Shown here one piece after another: positions 36,701-46,795 of a stretch of 64,000 bases of DNA. A program made the position numbers and the translations under genes. The notes below the pieces were generated by a model. The model was not told where the DNA came from, searched no databases, and worked only from the letters and a program-made list of their open reading frames with translations. Origin of the DNA: an uncultured Nocardioides sp. (GTDB lineage Bacteria; Actinomycetota; Actinomycetes; Propionibacteriales; Nocardioidaceae); NCBI GenBank assembly GCA_964503015.1, contig CAZDAO010000002.1, forward strand, positions 3,680 to 67,679, read 5' to 3'. Every line of letters starts with the position of its first letter. The stretch's first letter is position 1.

Positions 36701-37621
36701 GTGTCAAACCAGATCCCGCCGCCGCCCGAACCTCCCGAGCTGGACGATAATGACCCGCGTACCAAGCTGCGGGACAACCTCATGTCCGTGCTTGCAGGCT
36801 TGCCGTCCTTCTTCGAGTTCGACAGCACGTTTGCCGGGATCAACGCGACAGACCTTCACAGCCTGAACACCCTGCTGGGTACTTCGATCGAGGCTCAGGT
36901 CGTTAAGGCACTGAACCAGCAACGCAAGGTGTGGGACCCGGACGACGAGTGGCCCGGCTACGCCTTCGAGCGTCAATCGCAGCGCTTCCCGGACGTGTTG
37001 CTGACGAGGCGACTCAGCGGGGGCGCTCCTGAGATTGCGCTGGGCATCGAACTCAAGGGCTGGTTCTTGCTGGCGAAGGAGGGCATGCCGAGCTTCCGCT
37101 TCGAGACGACACCTGGCGCTTGCAGTGATCACGACCTACTCGTCTGCCTTCCATGGCACCTGGACAACGTTTTGGCCGGCCAGCCTGTTGCGGCCGATCC
37201 CTACGTCGTGTCTGCCAAGTGGGCCGCGGAGTACCGGAACCACTGGTGGGAGTTCATTCGTGACACCAAGTCCGATGCGGGCATCAAGAGCCCGGCGGCA
37301 GCGACGCCCTACCCGTCCAGCATCGATAACATCCACGACGTCCCGAACTATGACGGCGGAGGCAACTTCGGGCGTCTGGCGCGGTCGCCCGTGCTCATGG
37401 GCGACTGGGTTAGGGAAGCTCACAAGACCGAGGTCCTAGGCATCCCGATCGGGGACTGGTTCAGCTTCCTGCGCCAGCACACTGACGTTGGCGACCGGGA
37501 AGAGGTCAGCGAGAAGCTGCGGACTGAGATGAAGAAGAAGGTTAAGAAGCTGTCCGACTCGGATGGCCAGCTGATTGCCAACATGGTGAATATGATCGGC
37601 GACATCATCGCTAAGGACTGA
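36701..37621 (+). CDS. Putative PD-(D/E)xK nuclease (type II restriction endonuclease candidate)
   Basis: IEAQV...RFPDVLL...GIELKGW; immediately downstream of the MTase. Confidence 0.7.
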   Translation: MSNQIPPPPEPPELDDNDPRTKLRDNLMSVLAGLPSFFEFDSTFAGINATDLHSLNTLLGTSIEAQVVKALNQQRKVWDPDDEWPGYAFERQSQRFPDVLLTRRLSGGAPEIALGIELKGWFLLAKEGMPSFRFETTPGACSDHDLLVCLPWHLDNVLAGQPVAADPYVVSAKWAAEYRNHWWEFIRDTKSDAGIKSPAAATPYPSSIDNIHDVPNYDGGGNFGRLARSPVLMGDWVREAHKTEVLGIPIGDWFSFLRQHTDVGDREEVSEKLRTEMKKKVKKLSDSDGQLIANMVNMIGDIIAKD

Positions 37622-37757
37622 GCTTGTCGGAACTGACGCCGATGAACCGGATCCGGCGCAGCGTCATAGTGGGCGGGGTGGGCTTGGTGTCTCCCATGCC
37701 CAGCATGGGGGCCTGGGTCTCGTGCCGGTTTGGATCAACTGCGTGGCTGGCGCCGCA

Positions 37758-40700
37758 CTAGCTCCGGGGAGGCGAGGCTCGCCCGCTCGAGCGAGTTGGG
37801 GCGCGCAGTTCATGCGGGGGCGCGGCGTCTGGTGTCTGCGCCGACGTCTTGTCGTCGTGCCGGGTACCTATGTCTCCGAAAGCCGCGAGTCGATAGCGAA
37901 GGTCGCGCGCGGGCAGGGCACCAAGTGGGTTGTCGCCGACAGCAATTCGGACTGTGGTCTCGACGTCGCACCCCTCCTCGTGGATTCGCTGCAGAACGGC
38001 AGCGGTGGCCGGCCAGTCGGGCTGTGCGATGAGCCTGGGGTCAGCGGCGAGCGCGATTGGTGTCCATCGCTCCGCCGGGGTCTTCGCGGCATCGGCCCGC
38101 AGGCGGCCCCGGACATCGCTCAGATTGTTCAGCTCGGTGAGTGCGGCTTTTCGCGGGTCGCGGTCCCACGTCTTCACGGCATTGCGTAGGCCGCTTCGGA
38201 CCTCGGTGTCGCGTAGAGCAAGTCGGGCTCGGATGGTGGCTACTGTCACCGGCCAGGTGTGTGGCGGTCGGGTGGCAGCCACGCGGAGCGCGGCGTCGCG
38301 GACTTGCTCGGGTGGTAGGGAGGTGAGGCGCTCGGAGAGAAGGTGGTCGCCCAGTGGACGCGCGATTGCCAGGGCTGCGGTCAAGGCAGCGGGACCACGC
38401 CGGGTCAGGAGTTCGGCCGGGTCGAGTCCACTGGGGAGACGCGCGTAGCGCGGGTCGAGCCCGTGGGGCGCGAGGATCCAGAAGTCGCGCTCGGCGGCCA
38501 GCTGGCCGGCGAGGTCGGCATCGGGCGCCACGATCGGGTCATGCCCCGTCGACTGCCTGATCTCCGCGAGTTGTCGCGTCTGTTCCTCGGTGAGCGAGGT
38601 GCCGAGTGGTGAGAGCCCGAGGTAGCGGCCCGCGCTTGCGACGGTGACGGCGATGGCGTCAACGGGGCCTTCGACGATCACGGGCATGGCGCCTGCGGCG
38701 ATGAGGTGGTCGTTCGCGCCGAAGAGCTGTGCGCCCTTGTGGAAGAGCGGGGTGTCGGTGGTGTTGAGGTATTTCGGCCCGCCTTGGCGCTTGTTGGTGA
38801 GGTCCGGATGGCGTCTACCCACGAATCCGAGGACTTCGTCATGATGGCTGATCGGGAAGATGAGGCGGTCGCGGAACTTGTCGATGAGGTGGCCCCGCGA
38901 TGACATGGTCGCGACGCCGACGGCGAACATCTCTTCGTCGGTGACTCCGTGGTGGCGCAGATGATTGACGAGGTGGTGCCAACCGGCCGGTGCGTGTCCG
39001 GGATGGATGTCCTCGTGGCCCGCGAGGTCGATGCCGATGCGGTCGGCGAGGTGGTGGCGGCTCCAGGAGTCGGTGAACTCGGCCTCGAAGAAGTCGCGGG
39101 TCATCTGGTTGATCTCGACCATCCGCTCGCGCGAGACGGGGGCGAAGTACCACTGCTCGGCGTGCTGGCCCATGAGGCGGAGCTCGGCGTCGGTCGGCTC
39201 GAGTGGGGTGGGCCCGAGGTCGCGGATCAGGGCCGCGACGGCGAGGTCGGGCTCCACGTAATCGTGCGCGGCGAGGGATCCGCCGGCCTCGAGGTCGGCG
39301 TTGGTCGAAATGTCGCGGGGAGCATCGGCGAGAGCTGGTGTATGCGAAGAGGCGGGGAGGTGGTGGCGCTCGGGGAGTTCGACGAAGGTGCTGGGGTCGA
39401 TCTCGACGCCGTCCCACAGGTCGGCGGGTGGGGGGTCGAACGGGGGCTCGTGGTCGTCTGGAGTCGGGACGGGGGTTAGGGCGATCGAGGTGCGCCAGAC
39501 CAGTTCCTGGCACTCGTCGACGTGGTTCGTCGGGGCGCTGACGGCAGCGGTGCCGTCGTCGCGTCTCGAGGGCAATGAGGTGGTGCCGAGGATCTGCTCG
39601 AGCCGCCACCCGCGCTGCAGGGCGTGGTCGATGGTGGTGACCAGGGCTGGCCACCAGGCGCTGTCTTGTATGCGCCCGGCGCGCTCTCCGCCGAGCAGGT
39701 CGTGCAGCTGGACCGTCCATTCGGCAGTGACGAGATCGCGACTCGAGTGGTGCTTACCGTCGCCGGGCCGGACGGCTACGGCGGGGGTGACGTGGCGCGC
39801 CATCCGCCACCACAGGGCGGCGGCAGCATGGTGGTCGGGGAGGGCGCCACCGGTGGTTGCCGCGGATCGCAGCAGGTGGTGCGCCGGCAGGCCGGCGCGT
39901 GACATCGCGGCCAGGCGTTCGGCGAGCATCGGCGTGAAGCCGTCGTCCCTGGTCTGCGGGGCCACCGAGTAGAGGAGGTGTCGCCATTCGTCGAGGACGG
40001 GGCTGCTGGCGGAGGTGACAGCACGCCCGATATGTCGCTGATGGGCCCGAGTGGCCGCCTGCGATTGTGGCGGGCCGGTGGGTCTGCGGTCGTCGATCGG
40101 GACCTGCATCGCGGCACGCCACACCTCGACAGCAGCGGACGCCTCGAGTGACGCAGAGAGGCCGTTCTGCGCCCAGACTGGGGGAGTGGGCTGCGCCACC
40201 GCCCGGGTTCGGACTTCTGCGGCCAGGCTCTCGACGAGTTCCGCGCGGTGGGTGAGATACTCGCCCCACTGCGGATCCTCGGCAAGGAGTTCAGGGATCG
40301 CTGGCAACCACGGCAGCGGTCGACAGGACACCGCGCGCGTGCCGGTGGTGCTGGCATGTGACGCTTGGAGGCCGGGGTGGCCATTCGTGATGGCGTCGAG
40401 GCGCCAGTCGAGCACCGCGGCGCGGTCGGTGGCGCTGGTCAGCTGTCCAGCGGCGACAGCACGTGTGAGGAGCGCGCTGGGATCGTTACCGTCGGCGCCG
40501 AGAAGCAGCAGGTGGCTCCGCAAGGTCGGCCACGCGGCCTCGCTCGACAGACCCGGCACCAGCGCTTGTGCGGTGGCATCGAGGGCGTCGACCACAGTCA
40601 CCGGTGCACCGACGCGACTGGCGGCGGTGCTGGTTACTGGGGTACTGGTTGGCTGGCGACGCAGGACGTCCTCGGCGGCGATGTGGAGGCTGTCGAGGTA

Positions 40701-43700
40701 GCGCTGGGCTGCGTGGCCGAGCCGGGTGGCGGGGTCGGCTTGGTCGCGCAGGAGGCTGGTGGCGGAACGTTGGGTGTCGTCGCGCGCCAGGATCGACTCG
40801 AGGATCTCGGTCGGGGTGCGGGGGTGGGTCAGCTCGGGGCGGACGACCGAGTGGGGGTCGCCGTCGCCGACGACTTGGAGGTAGATGTGGTTGGCGACCG
40901 AGCCGCGGGTCATCATCGTGTACAGCTGTTGACGTGATTCCTGCCCAGTGGCCAGGCCGTGCATGGTGTCAGCAGTGACGCCCTGTGCGGTGTGCACGGT
41001 GCAGGCGTATCCGAGTCCGGTGGACGTGTGGACGTAGTCGTGGGGCAGCCGGACGGTGTGGTGGTGGCGGGTGTGTTGGACGGTGAGGGCGCCGTTCTGG
41101 TGGACTGCGAGCACGGTCCATCGGTCGCCGTTCTTGACCCAGTCCGTGGCCGTTAAGCGGAGCCGGCGGTTGTTCTCCCGGGTGATGATCGAGTCTCCGA
41201 CGGATGCGTCGTTGCCGTCGCCCAGCTGGGCAGTCCGGCTGTGGACCGCCTTGACGTCGAGTGGTTGTTGGTCGATCCGGTGAGCGCGTGCGCGGCGGTT
41301 TAGGTCGCTGACGAGCTCGCGTGTGGGGGCGAGCATGATGGCGTCGCGACCTTGGGTGTGGTCGTCGACCCATGCCGCGAAGACCTTGTCGCTGATGGTG
41401 GCGAGGTCGCCGACGTGGACGCGCCCGAGGTCGAGGTAGAAGCCGAGTGCTTCGGTTCTGCCGTCGCGTAGCGCCAGTGACGCGGCACCTTCACCTGGGT
41501 CGGTGAAACGGACGAGTTCGGTGAGCTGGAGGGCGCCGTGCTGGGTGCGGATGTCGCGCAGGACGCCGCCGGCACCGATCGCAGTGAGCTGTTGGTCGTC
41601 GCCGATCAGGCGGACGCTGCCACCGCGATCGAGGACGTACGAGACGGCCGCGTCGAGGGAGAGGGTGTCGGCCATGCCGGCTTCGTCGATCACGACGAGG
41701 GTGGCGGGGCCGATGTCAGCGACCCAGTCCGGTGGTGCAGTCGTGCGGCCCGGTGCGCCGTCTGATGACCCGCAGTCGTGGTGATGGACGTGCGCCACAG
41801 TGTGGGTGAGCTTCGCCAAGGTGTCGGTGCGGATCCCGGCGTGGGCGCGGTGTGCACCGTCAGCGCGTGAGTCGGCTGCGGCCATCGACGTGCGCAGCGC
41901 GTCGGCTGCTGCGGCCGAGGGGGCGAGACCGATGACGGTGCCGCCCGCGTCTGTCCAGGCCCGGGCGAGGGCTCGCATGGCGGTGGTCTTGCCGGAGCCG
42001 GCTGGCGCGATTGCTAGCTGCAGGCGGGCGCCGGAGGTTGCCATCGCGCGCACCATGGTGGCCTGACCGGCGTTCAGGGTGAGTCCGTTGGCAGTGGATT
42101 CGAGGAGCGCCAGGTCCACAGACGTTGCGTCCGCGGCGTGACCGTCGCGGCGACCAGCCGCGGCGACCAGCCGCTGTTCGGCGGCCAGGATCCGCTGTGA
42201 GGTGTACAGGTCGGAGCCGGCCGATGTGTAGACCGATGTCCCGTCCGCGCGGCGCAGTTGGTCGGGCTCGGCGATCCCGTCCGCGTCCGCCAACGAGGTC
42301 CGGCTGGGCCGTGCGAGCCTGACAGATGCAGAGTCGAGGACCTCGCTGACCAGGAGATTCACGACCCGAGGGACGTCGGGTGTGGCGACATTGGCTGTGC
42401 GGGTCTGGCGTTGGGCTTCGGCGTAGACGTGCCAGTACTGCCACGTGCTGCGGCCGCACTCGAGGGTCGACAGGATGCGGTCGGCGGTTGCAGCGAACCA
42501 GGTTGAGTCGGCGACGGCGCGGTCGCGCCGACTGCTCCTGCTGGTCGGGTGCAGCGCCGTGTGGACCATCCGAGCGAGATGCTCGGGCGTGCCGAGCACC
42601 TCGATGGCTTCGCGGTGCCAGGCGTCGCGTTGCTTGGCGAGCGAGCGCGGTTCGTGCTTGGCCTCCCGGGTCTCGAGGGTGGCCTGCTGGGCGAGGTGAA
42701 TCGTCTCGACGGGCGTGGGAGGCCGGCCGTGCGTGTCCTGGAACTGCGTGACGAGGACAGCCCGGCGGTCCTCGACACTGAGCCGCCGCTTGGAGAACCT
42801 GGTGTTCAGACGGGGATCGACCCCGACGATCTCCCGCACTGCGCGCTTGCCCAGATCACGCCCAGCCGTGCCGTCGGGCCGCTCCGCAAACGCGAGGCCG
42901 AGCGCGTCGGTCAGGTGGTGCTCGAGGGCGGTGTTGTAGGTCTCCGACGTTGCCACGACGGCCTTGTGGAGCGGGCGGCCGTCGATCGCCAGCCACTTCC
43001 CGGCGTCACCGTCCGGGACGTGGCCGACGCCTTCGGGTGGGGCGGTGAGGGTCTGGACCTTGTTGGCGACGACGACGTGGGTATGGAGGTCGGGGTCGCC
43101 GGCGCGGGAGTCGCGGTGGGTGAACGCGGTGGCGACCAGCCCGCGCACGTCGACCTGCCGCACCCCGTTGGCGCCTTCACGGCTGTAGAGAGCGGTGGTC
43201 TCGAGGAACGTGAGGGCGTCCTGGACGGCTGCATGGTGGGCGCGTTCGATGGCCGCTGCGGTGGCCGGGTCGGCGATCGCCCACAGGGTCGAGACGCTCT
43301 TGACGGGTGAGAACGTGAGGTCGTAACCGGCGACCGCGGTGGTCTTTGGTCGGGAGTGCTGGGCGATGGTCGCGGCGAGCTCGCGGGCGCCGTCGGAGCC
43401 GGGGGAGGGGGCCCGGCCGTGCTGGGCGCTAAAGAACTGCCGGGCGACGTCGGTGCGGATCCGTGCCCGCTCCTGGGCGGGGACGGCCCAGTCGCTGGGT
43501 AGTCCGGCGGCGGCGTTGGCGGCGGCGAGTCGTTTCGCGACCTCGATCCGGAACGCGCTGACGTCGTTCTCGTACACCTTGAACGGCGCACCCAGGCGAG
43601 CGGCGTCCCGGTACTCCGCTTCGGTCGGGCGGGCGCCTTCGACACGGCCGATCCGCTCATCGAGCGCGTGAACCCGGTCCGTCGCGAGCGGGTGGTGCCC

Positions 43701-43922
43701 GGCCCCGAACAGGTTCTGCATGTGTTCGGCCGTCACCACGTCCCCGGCATCCAGGCCGTCGATCCCGGCCATGCCGGACCCGACCCACACGCCGGGAGTC
43801 TCGCCCTTCTCCGTGTAGTACGACGCCAAGCCGACGTGGCCCTTGGCGGTGGCATCCAGGGCGGCGACCTGCCGGGTCAGGTAGTCGTACCCCGACCCGG
43901 CGGTGAGCTTGTGCAGGCTCAT
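37758..43922 (-). CDS. MobF (TrwC-type) relaxase-helicase fused to DnaG-type primase domain
   Basis: MSLHKLTAGSGYDYL, SYY, YDLTFSPVKSVS, HRDSRAGDPDLHTH, APAGSGKTT, IDEAGM, HTAQGVT; primase DKFRDRLIFPI, PKYLNT, IVEGPVDAIA, DADLAG. Confidence 0.95.
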   Translation of the reverse strand: MSLHKLTAGSGYDYLTRQVAALDATAKGHVGLASYYTEKGETPGVWVGSGMAGIDGLDAGDVVTAEHMQNLFGAGHHPLATDRVHALDERIGRVEGARPTEAEYRDAARLGAPFKVYENDVSAFRIEVAKRLAAANAAAGLPSDWAVPAQERARIRTDVARQFFSAQHGRAPSPGSDGARELAATIAQHSRPKTTAVAGYDLTFSPVKSVSTLWAIADPATAAAIERAHHAAVQDALTFLETTALYSREGANGVRQVDVRGLVATAFTHRDSRAGDPDLHTHVVVANKVQTLTAPPEGVGHVPDGDAGKWLAIDGRPLHKAVVATSETYNTALEHHLTDALGLAFAERPDGTAGRDLGKRAVREIVGVDPRLNTRFSKRRLSVEDRRAVLVTQFQDTHGRPPTPVETIHLAQQATLETREAKHEPRSLAKQRDAWHREAIEVLGTPEHLARMVHTALHPTSRSSRRDRAVADSTWFAATADRILSTLECGRSTWQYWHVYAEAQRQTRTANVATPDVPRVVNLLVSEVLDSASVRLARPSRTSLADADGIAEPDQLRRADGTSVYTSAGSDLYTSQRILAAEQRLVAAAGRRDGHAADATSVDLALLESTANGLTLNAGQATMVRAMATSGARLQLAIAPAGSGKTTAMRALARAWTDAGGTVIGLAPSAAAADALRTSMAAADSRADGAHRAHAGIRTDTLAKLTHTVAHVHHHDCGSSDGAPGRTTAPPDWVADIGPATLVVIDEAGMADTLSLDAAVSYVLDRGGSVRLIGDDQQLTAIGAGGVLRDIRTQHGALQLTELVRFTDPGEGAASLALRDGRTEALGFYLDLGRVHVGDLATISDKVFAAWVDDHTQGRDAIMLAPTRELVSDLNRRARAHRIDQQPLDVKAVHSRTAQLGDGNDASVGDSIITRENNRRLRLTATDWVKNGDRWTVLAVHQNGALTVQHTRHHHTVRLPHDYVHTSTGLGYACTVHTAQGVTADTMHGLATGQESRQQLYTMMTRGSVANHIYLQVVGDGDPHSVVRPELTHPRTPTEILESILARDDTQRSATSLLRDQADPATRLGHAAQRYLDSLHIAAEDVLRRQPTSTPVTSTAASRVGAPVTVVDALDATAQALVPGLSSEAAWPTLRSHLLLLGADGNDPSALLTRAVAAGQLTSATDRAAVLDWRLDAITNGHPGLQASHASTTGTRAVSCRPLPWLPAIPELLAEDPQWGEYLTHRAELVESLAAEVRTRAVAQPTPPVWAQNGLSASLEASAAVEVWRAAMQVPIDDRRPTGPPQSQAATRAHQRHIGRAVTSASSPVLDEWRHLLYSVAPQTRDDGFTPMLAERLAAMSRAGLPAHHLLRSAATTGGALPDHHAAAALWWRMARHVTPAVAVRPGDGKHHSSRDLVTAEWTVQLHDLLGGERAGRIQDSAWWPALVTTIDHALQRGWRLEQILGTTSLPSRRDDGTAAVSAPTNHVDECQELVWRTSIALTPVPTPDDHEPPFDPPPADLWDGVEIDPSTFVELPERHHLPASSHTPALADAPRDISTNADLEAGGSLAAHDYVEPDLAVAALIRDLGPTPLEPTDAELRLMGQHAEQWYFAPVSRERMVEINQMTRDFFEAEFTDSWSRHHLADRIGIDLAGHEDIHPGHAPAGWHHLVNHLRHHGVTDEEMFAVGVATMSSRGHLIDKFRDRLIFPISHHDEVLGFVGRRHPDLTNKRQGGPKYLNTTDTPLFHKGAQLFGANDHLIAAGAMPVIVEGPVDAIAVTVASAGRYLGLSPLGTSLTEEQTRQLAEIRQSTGHDPIVAPDADLAGQLAAERDFWILAPHGLDPRYARLPSGLDPAELLTRRGPAALTAALAIARPLGDHLLSERLTSLPPEQVRDAALRVAATRPPHTWPVTVATIRARLALRDTEVRSGLRNAVKTWDRDPRKAALTELNNLSDVRGRLRADAAKTPAERWTPIALAADPRLIAQPDWPATAAVLQRIHEEGCDVETTVRIAVGDNPLGALPARDLRYRLAAFGDIGTRHDDKTSAQTPDAAPPHELRAPTRSSGRASPPRS

Positions 43923-43934
43923 GGTCACCCGCAC

Positions 43935-44209
43935 CTACGTGCCGCCGGCGGGCCGCAGGTGTCACGTCCGGGCTGCGGTGCCGGCGACGACGTCAGGGCG
44001 GCGGCGGAGGCGGCGCACCGGCAATGCAAGAGGTGTGTGTGACTTGGACTGGTCGCGCGAGATGGGGGGACGCGCTGGGGCGGCTGGCGGGTTGATCTGC
44101 CGGGTGCGGACGAGGTGCGTCGGGACTGGTCGGAGTGTCGGTGAGCGCGGCGCGAGGAACGGCGGCGTAGGTCGTTCCAAGGACAACCTTCGAGCTAGGA
44201 GTTGATCAG
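43935..44209. other. Probable oriT / divergent promoter region
   Basis: Non-coding gap upstream of the relaxase; GGTGTGTGTG tract near 44032-44041; positional inference only. Confidence 0.35.
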
Positions 44210-44506
44210 ATGGGCACGCAGAGTGTGCGGCAAGCTGCCCGCCGTGATGCCCGGACAGTCGCGTCGAAGAGACGCGCTGAGCTTCTTGAGCGCAGTAGAC
44301 GGCTTGAGGACCTCGCGGTGAGCGTCATGACGGCGATCAAGGAGCGCGATCTATCGGTCGAGCAAGCCGAGCGCAGGGCCGGCGAGGCCCTGCAGCGCAT
44401 GACCACTGTGGAGGGGCTGTCTTTGCGAGAGGCTGTCGAGTGGTGCGGAGACAGCATCGACCTTCACGAGGCGGCCAGGCTGCGGAAGGTCGGCGATCGG
44501 CCTTAG
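44210..44506 (+). CDS. Small coiled-coil/HTH-like protein divergent from relaxase (possible relaxosome accessory)
   Basis: AGGAG RBS; helical, EGLSLREAVEWCG...EAARLR. Confidence 0.7.
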   Translation: MGTQSVRQAARRDARTVASKRRAELLERSRRLEDLAVSVMTAIKERDLSVEQAERRAGEALQRMTTVEGLSLREAVEWCGDSIDLHEAARLRKVGDRP

Positions 44507-44968
44507 GCCGTTGCCGGTTGACGCTCCCTAGCCGGAACTCGATCCGGTCGGGGCTTGCGGGAATCGGCCTCTGTTTGCTGCGCCACCAAGCGTCAGTGGC
44601 CCGGTCGAGGTTCCGCTCGCAGGACAGCGATTCGTTCAACGCCCTCTAGAGTGGAACGCCGAGGAGCTTGCGCAGATCCGAGCGTCCGCTGCCCTTGTAA
44701 CGCTCACTCTCGCGCAGGGCGGACCTCGCTTGGCGTCGAGGTTATTCGGCCCCACCGGTGCGGCACACCGCCGCACCGTTGGCTCGCCGGCGGCTCCGAG
44801 TTGGGCTGTAAGCGATGGCTGGGTAGACCTGCAGCAAGGTGCTCATTCGCTACGCACCCGGGCCAACACCGATGTACGCGCCGCCGATGTGGCCAGGCGC
44901 CTCTTACCTCCGGGCGATTTGACGAGGCCCCAAGCACCGAATGAGCGAGTTCCGAGGTGCCACCTCGA

Positions 44969-45325
44969 CTAGTCGGTGGGGCCGAGAGCGACCGCCAAGG
45001 ATCGAAGCACCCCAGATGCGACCCGGTAGTAGGCCCACTTGCCGCGCTGCTCACGGGTCGCCAGCCCGGCTTCGACCAGCAACTTCATGTGGTGGGAGAC
45101 GGTCGGCTGGCTGAGGCCGACGGGTTCGATCATGTCGCAAACGCACCCCTCACCTTCCGGCGCAGCAGCGATCATCGAGAGCAACTTGACCCGGGTCGGG
45201 TCGCCAAGAGCCTTGAACATCCGCGCGAGTGTCTCGGCCGCCTCGTCGCTGACGATGCCCGCCGTCATGGGGGAGCAGCAGGCGGCGAGATCGGCGGACT
45301 GGATCACCGGGAGAGTCGTTGGCAT
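44969..45325 (-). CDS. arsR: ArsR/SmtB regulator
   Basis: ACCSP, FKALGDPTR, CVCD, LSQPTVSHHMKLL, RGKWAYY. Confidence 0.92.
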   Translation of the reverse strand: MPTTLPVIQSADLAACCSPMTAGIVSDEAAETLARMFKALGDPTRVKLLSMIAAAPEGEGCVCDMIEPVGLSQPTVSHHMKLLVEAGLATREQRGKWAYYRVASGVLRSLAVALGPTD

Positions 45326-45345
45326 GGAATCCACTATGGCGTATG

Positions 45346-45398
45346 CATTGACATTTGTCGATGTGTTCGTACGATGGTCGCATTGATGATCGTGAATG
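45346..45398. promoter_or_regulatory. Two ArsR-operator-like imperfect palindromes in divergent promoter
   Basis: CATTGA-CATTTG-TCGATG (45346-45363) and CATTGA-TGATCG-TGAATG (45381-45398). Confidence 0.65.
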
Positions 45399-45411
45399 TG
45401 AGGAGTTGGGA

Positions 45412-46728
45412 ATGAGTGACCTGCCTGTTGTGGTGATCGGCGCTGGCCCGCAGGGCTTGGCTGCTGCTGCGCACCTGCTGGAGCGCGGCTTGAAGCCGCT
45501 CGTGCTGGAGTCCGGCCTCGAGCCGGCCTCCGCGGTCGCCGAGTGGGGCCACGTCCGCCTGTTCTCGGCGTGGCCCGAACTCGTCGACAGCGCCTCGGCA
45601 CGGCTGCTCGAGCCGACCGGCTGGACCGCGCCGCAGGAGGGCTACCCGACCGGAGCGGAATGGATTGACGGCTACCTCGCCCCGCTGGCCAAGGCGCTGG
45701 GGGACCGGGTCCGCTACGACACCCGCGTCACGGGTGTCTCCCGCAAGGGCCGCGACCGCCTCGTCGACGCTGACCGTGCCGAGCAGCCTTTCACCGTCCA
45801 CGTCGCTGACAGTGATGGCGTCGAGTTCCGCCTGGAGGCGCGCGCCGTGATCGACGCCTCCGGCACGTGGCGCCACCCGAACCCCGCTGGCGCCGACGGA
45901 CTGTCGGCGCTGGGCGAGCGCGCGGCCGCCGACCTGATCAGCTACCAGGTGCCCAACCGCGCCGCCCCTGAGCGGTACGCCGGCCAGCACACCGTTGTGG
46001 TCGGCTCGGGCGACTCGGCGTTCAACGCCATCCACGAGCTCGTCCAGATCGCCGCGGACCACCCAGGCACCCGGATCACGTGGGCGATCCGCCGCGCCGT
46101 CAGCGAGGGCACGTTCGGCGGCGGCGCCGCCGATGAGCTGCCCGAGCGCGGTGCACTCGGCCAGCGGGCCAAGCGGGCCGTGGAGTCCGGCGCGGTCGAG
46201 CTAGTGACCGGCCTCCGCACCGCCGAGATCCGCCGCGATAAGGATCGCGCCGTGCTGGTGGGGGAGGACGGCCGCGAGGTCCCGGCCGCGGACACGGTGG
46301 TGGTGCTGACCGGCTTCCGCCCCGACTTGTCGTTCCTCTCCGAGATGCGACTCGACCTCGATCCGACCTTGGAGGCGCCGCGTAGGATCGCCGCCGAGAT
46401 CGACCCGAACATCCACTCATGTGGCTCCGTCCAGGCGACCGGTGCCGCGGACCTCGCGCAACCGGAGCCCGACCTGTACCTGGTGGGGATGAAGTCCTAC
46501 GGCCGGGCGCCGACGTTCCTGGCGCTGACCGGCTACGAGCAGGTCCGCAGTGTGGTGGCGGCTCTGGCCGGCGACCACGAGGCCGCGGCCCGGGTCGAGC
46601 TGGTGCTGCCCGACACCGGGGTGTGCGGCGGCGCGGGGGTCTTCGACGACCCGGAGAGCGCGGGAGGCGGCTGCTGCGCACCGGTGCCGGCCGTGCTCGA
46701 GATCGGACGGACTCCTGTCAGCCTCTAA
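45412..46728 (+). CDS. FAD-dependent oxidoreductase of ars clusters (ArsV-like)
   Basis: VIGAGPQGLAAAAHL, IDASGTW, HSCGSV, GMKSYGRAPTFL..TGYEQVRS, terminal GVC and CC. Confidence 0.8.
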   Translation: MSDLPVVVIGAGPQGLAAAAHLLERGLKPLVLESGLEPASAVAEWGHVRLFSAWPELVDSASARLLEPTGWTAPQEGYPTGAEWIDGYLAPLAKALGDRVRYDTRVTGVSRKGRDRLVDADRAEQPFTVHVADSDGVEFRLEARAVIDASGTWRHPNPAGADGLSALGERAAADLISYQVPNRAAPERYAGQHTVVVGSGDSAFNAIHELVQIAADHPGTRITWAIRRAVSEGTFGGGAADELPERGALGQRAKRAVESGAVELVTGLRTAEIRRDKDRAVLVGEDGREVPAADTVVVLTGFRPDLSFLSEMRLDLDPTLEAPRRIAAEIDPNIHSCGSVQATGAADLAQPEPDLYLVGMKSYGRAPTFLALTGYEQVRSVVAALAGDHEAAARVELVLPDTGVCGGAGVFDDPESAGGGCCAPVPAVLEIGRTPVSL

Positions 46729-46738
46729 TCTCACCGTG

Positions 46739-46775
46739 GCGGGGAGCCGGCCGCGCACCAAGGCCGGCTCCCCGC
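46739..46775 (+). terminator. Perfect 14-bp-stem intergenic hairpin
   Basis: GCGGGGAGCCGGCC-9 nt-GGCCGGCTCCCCGC, 10 nt after the stop; no U-tract. Confidence 0.55.
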
Positions 46776-46795
46776 ACCCAGCGGGAGCTGGACGG

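Larger units (their letters stand above)
880..44506. mobile_element. Backbone of an actinobacterial conjugative element (ICE or plasmid); boundaries not visible and probably extend beyond this span
   Basis: Co-located MobF relaxase, VirD4-like coupling protein, VirB4-like ATPase, VirB6-like and PrgI-like proteins, M23 peptidase and Tad operon. No housekeeping genes seen. Confidence 0.85.

Noticed and set aside
36701..37621. Naming a specific restriction enzyme or recognition site
   Set aside because: Cannot be determined without REBASE comparison or methylome data
37693..37709. Terminator between nuclease and relaxase genes
   Set aside because: Only a 7-bp perfect stem with no U-tract; could be chance in GC-rich DNA
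44507..44968. Gene, IS end or att site at the backbone/cargo junction
   Set aside because: No convincing ORF, terminal repeat or tRNA fragment seen
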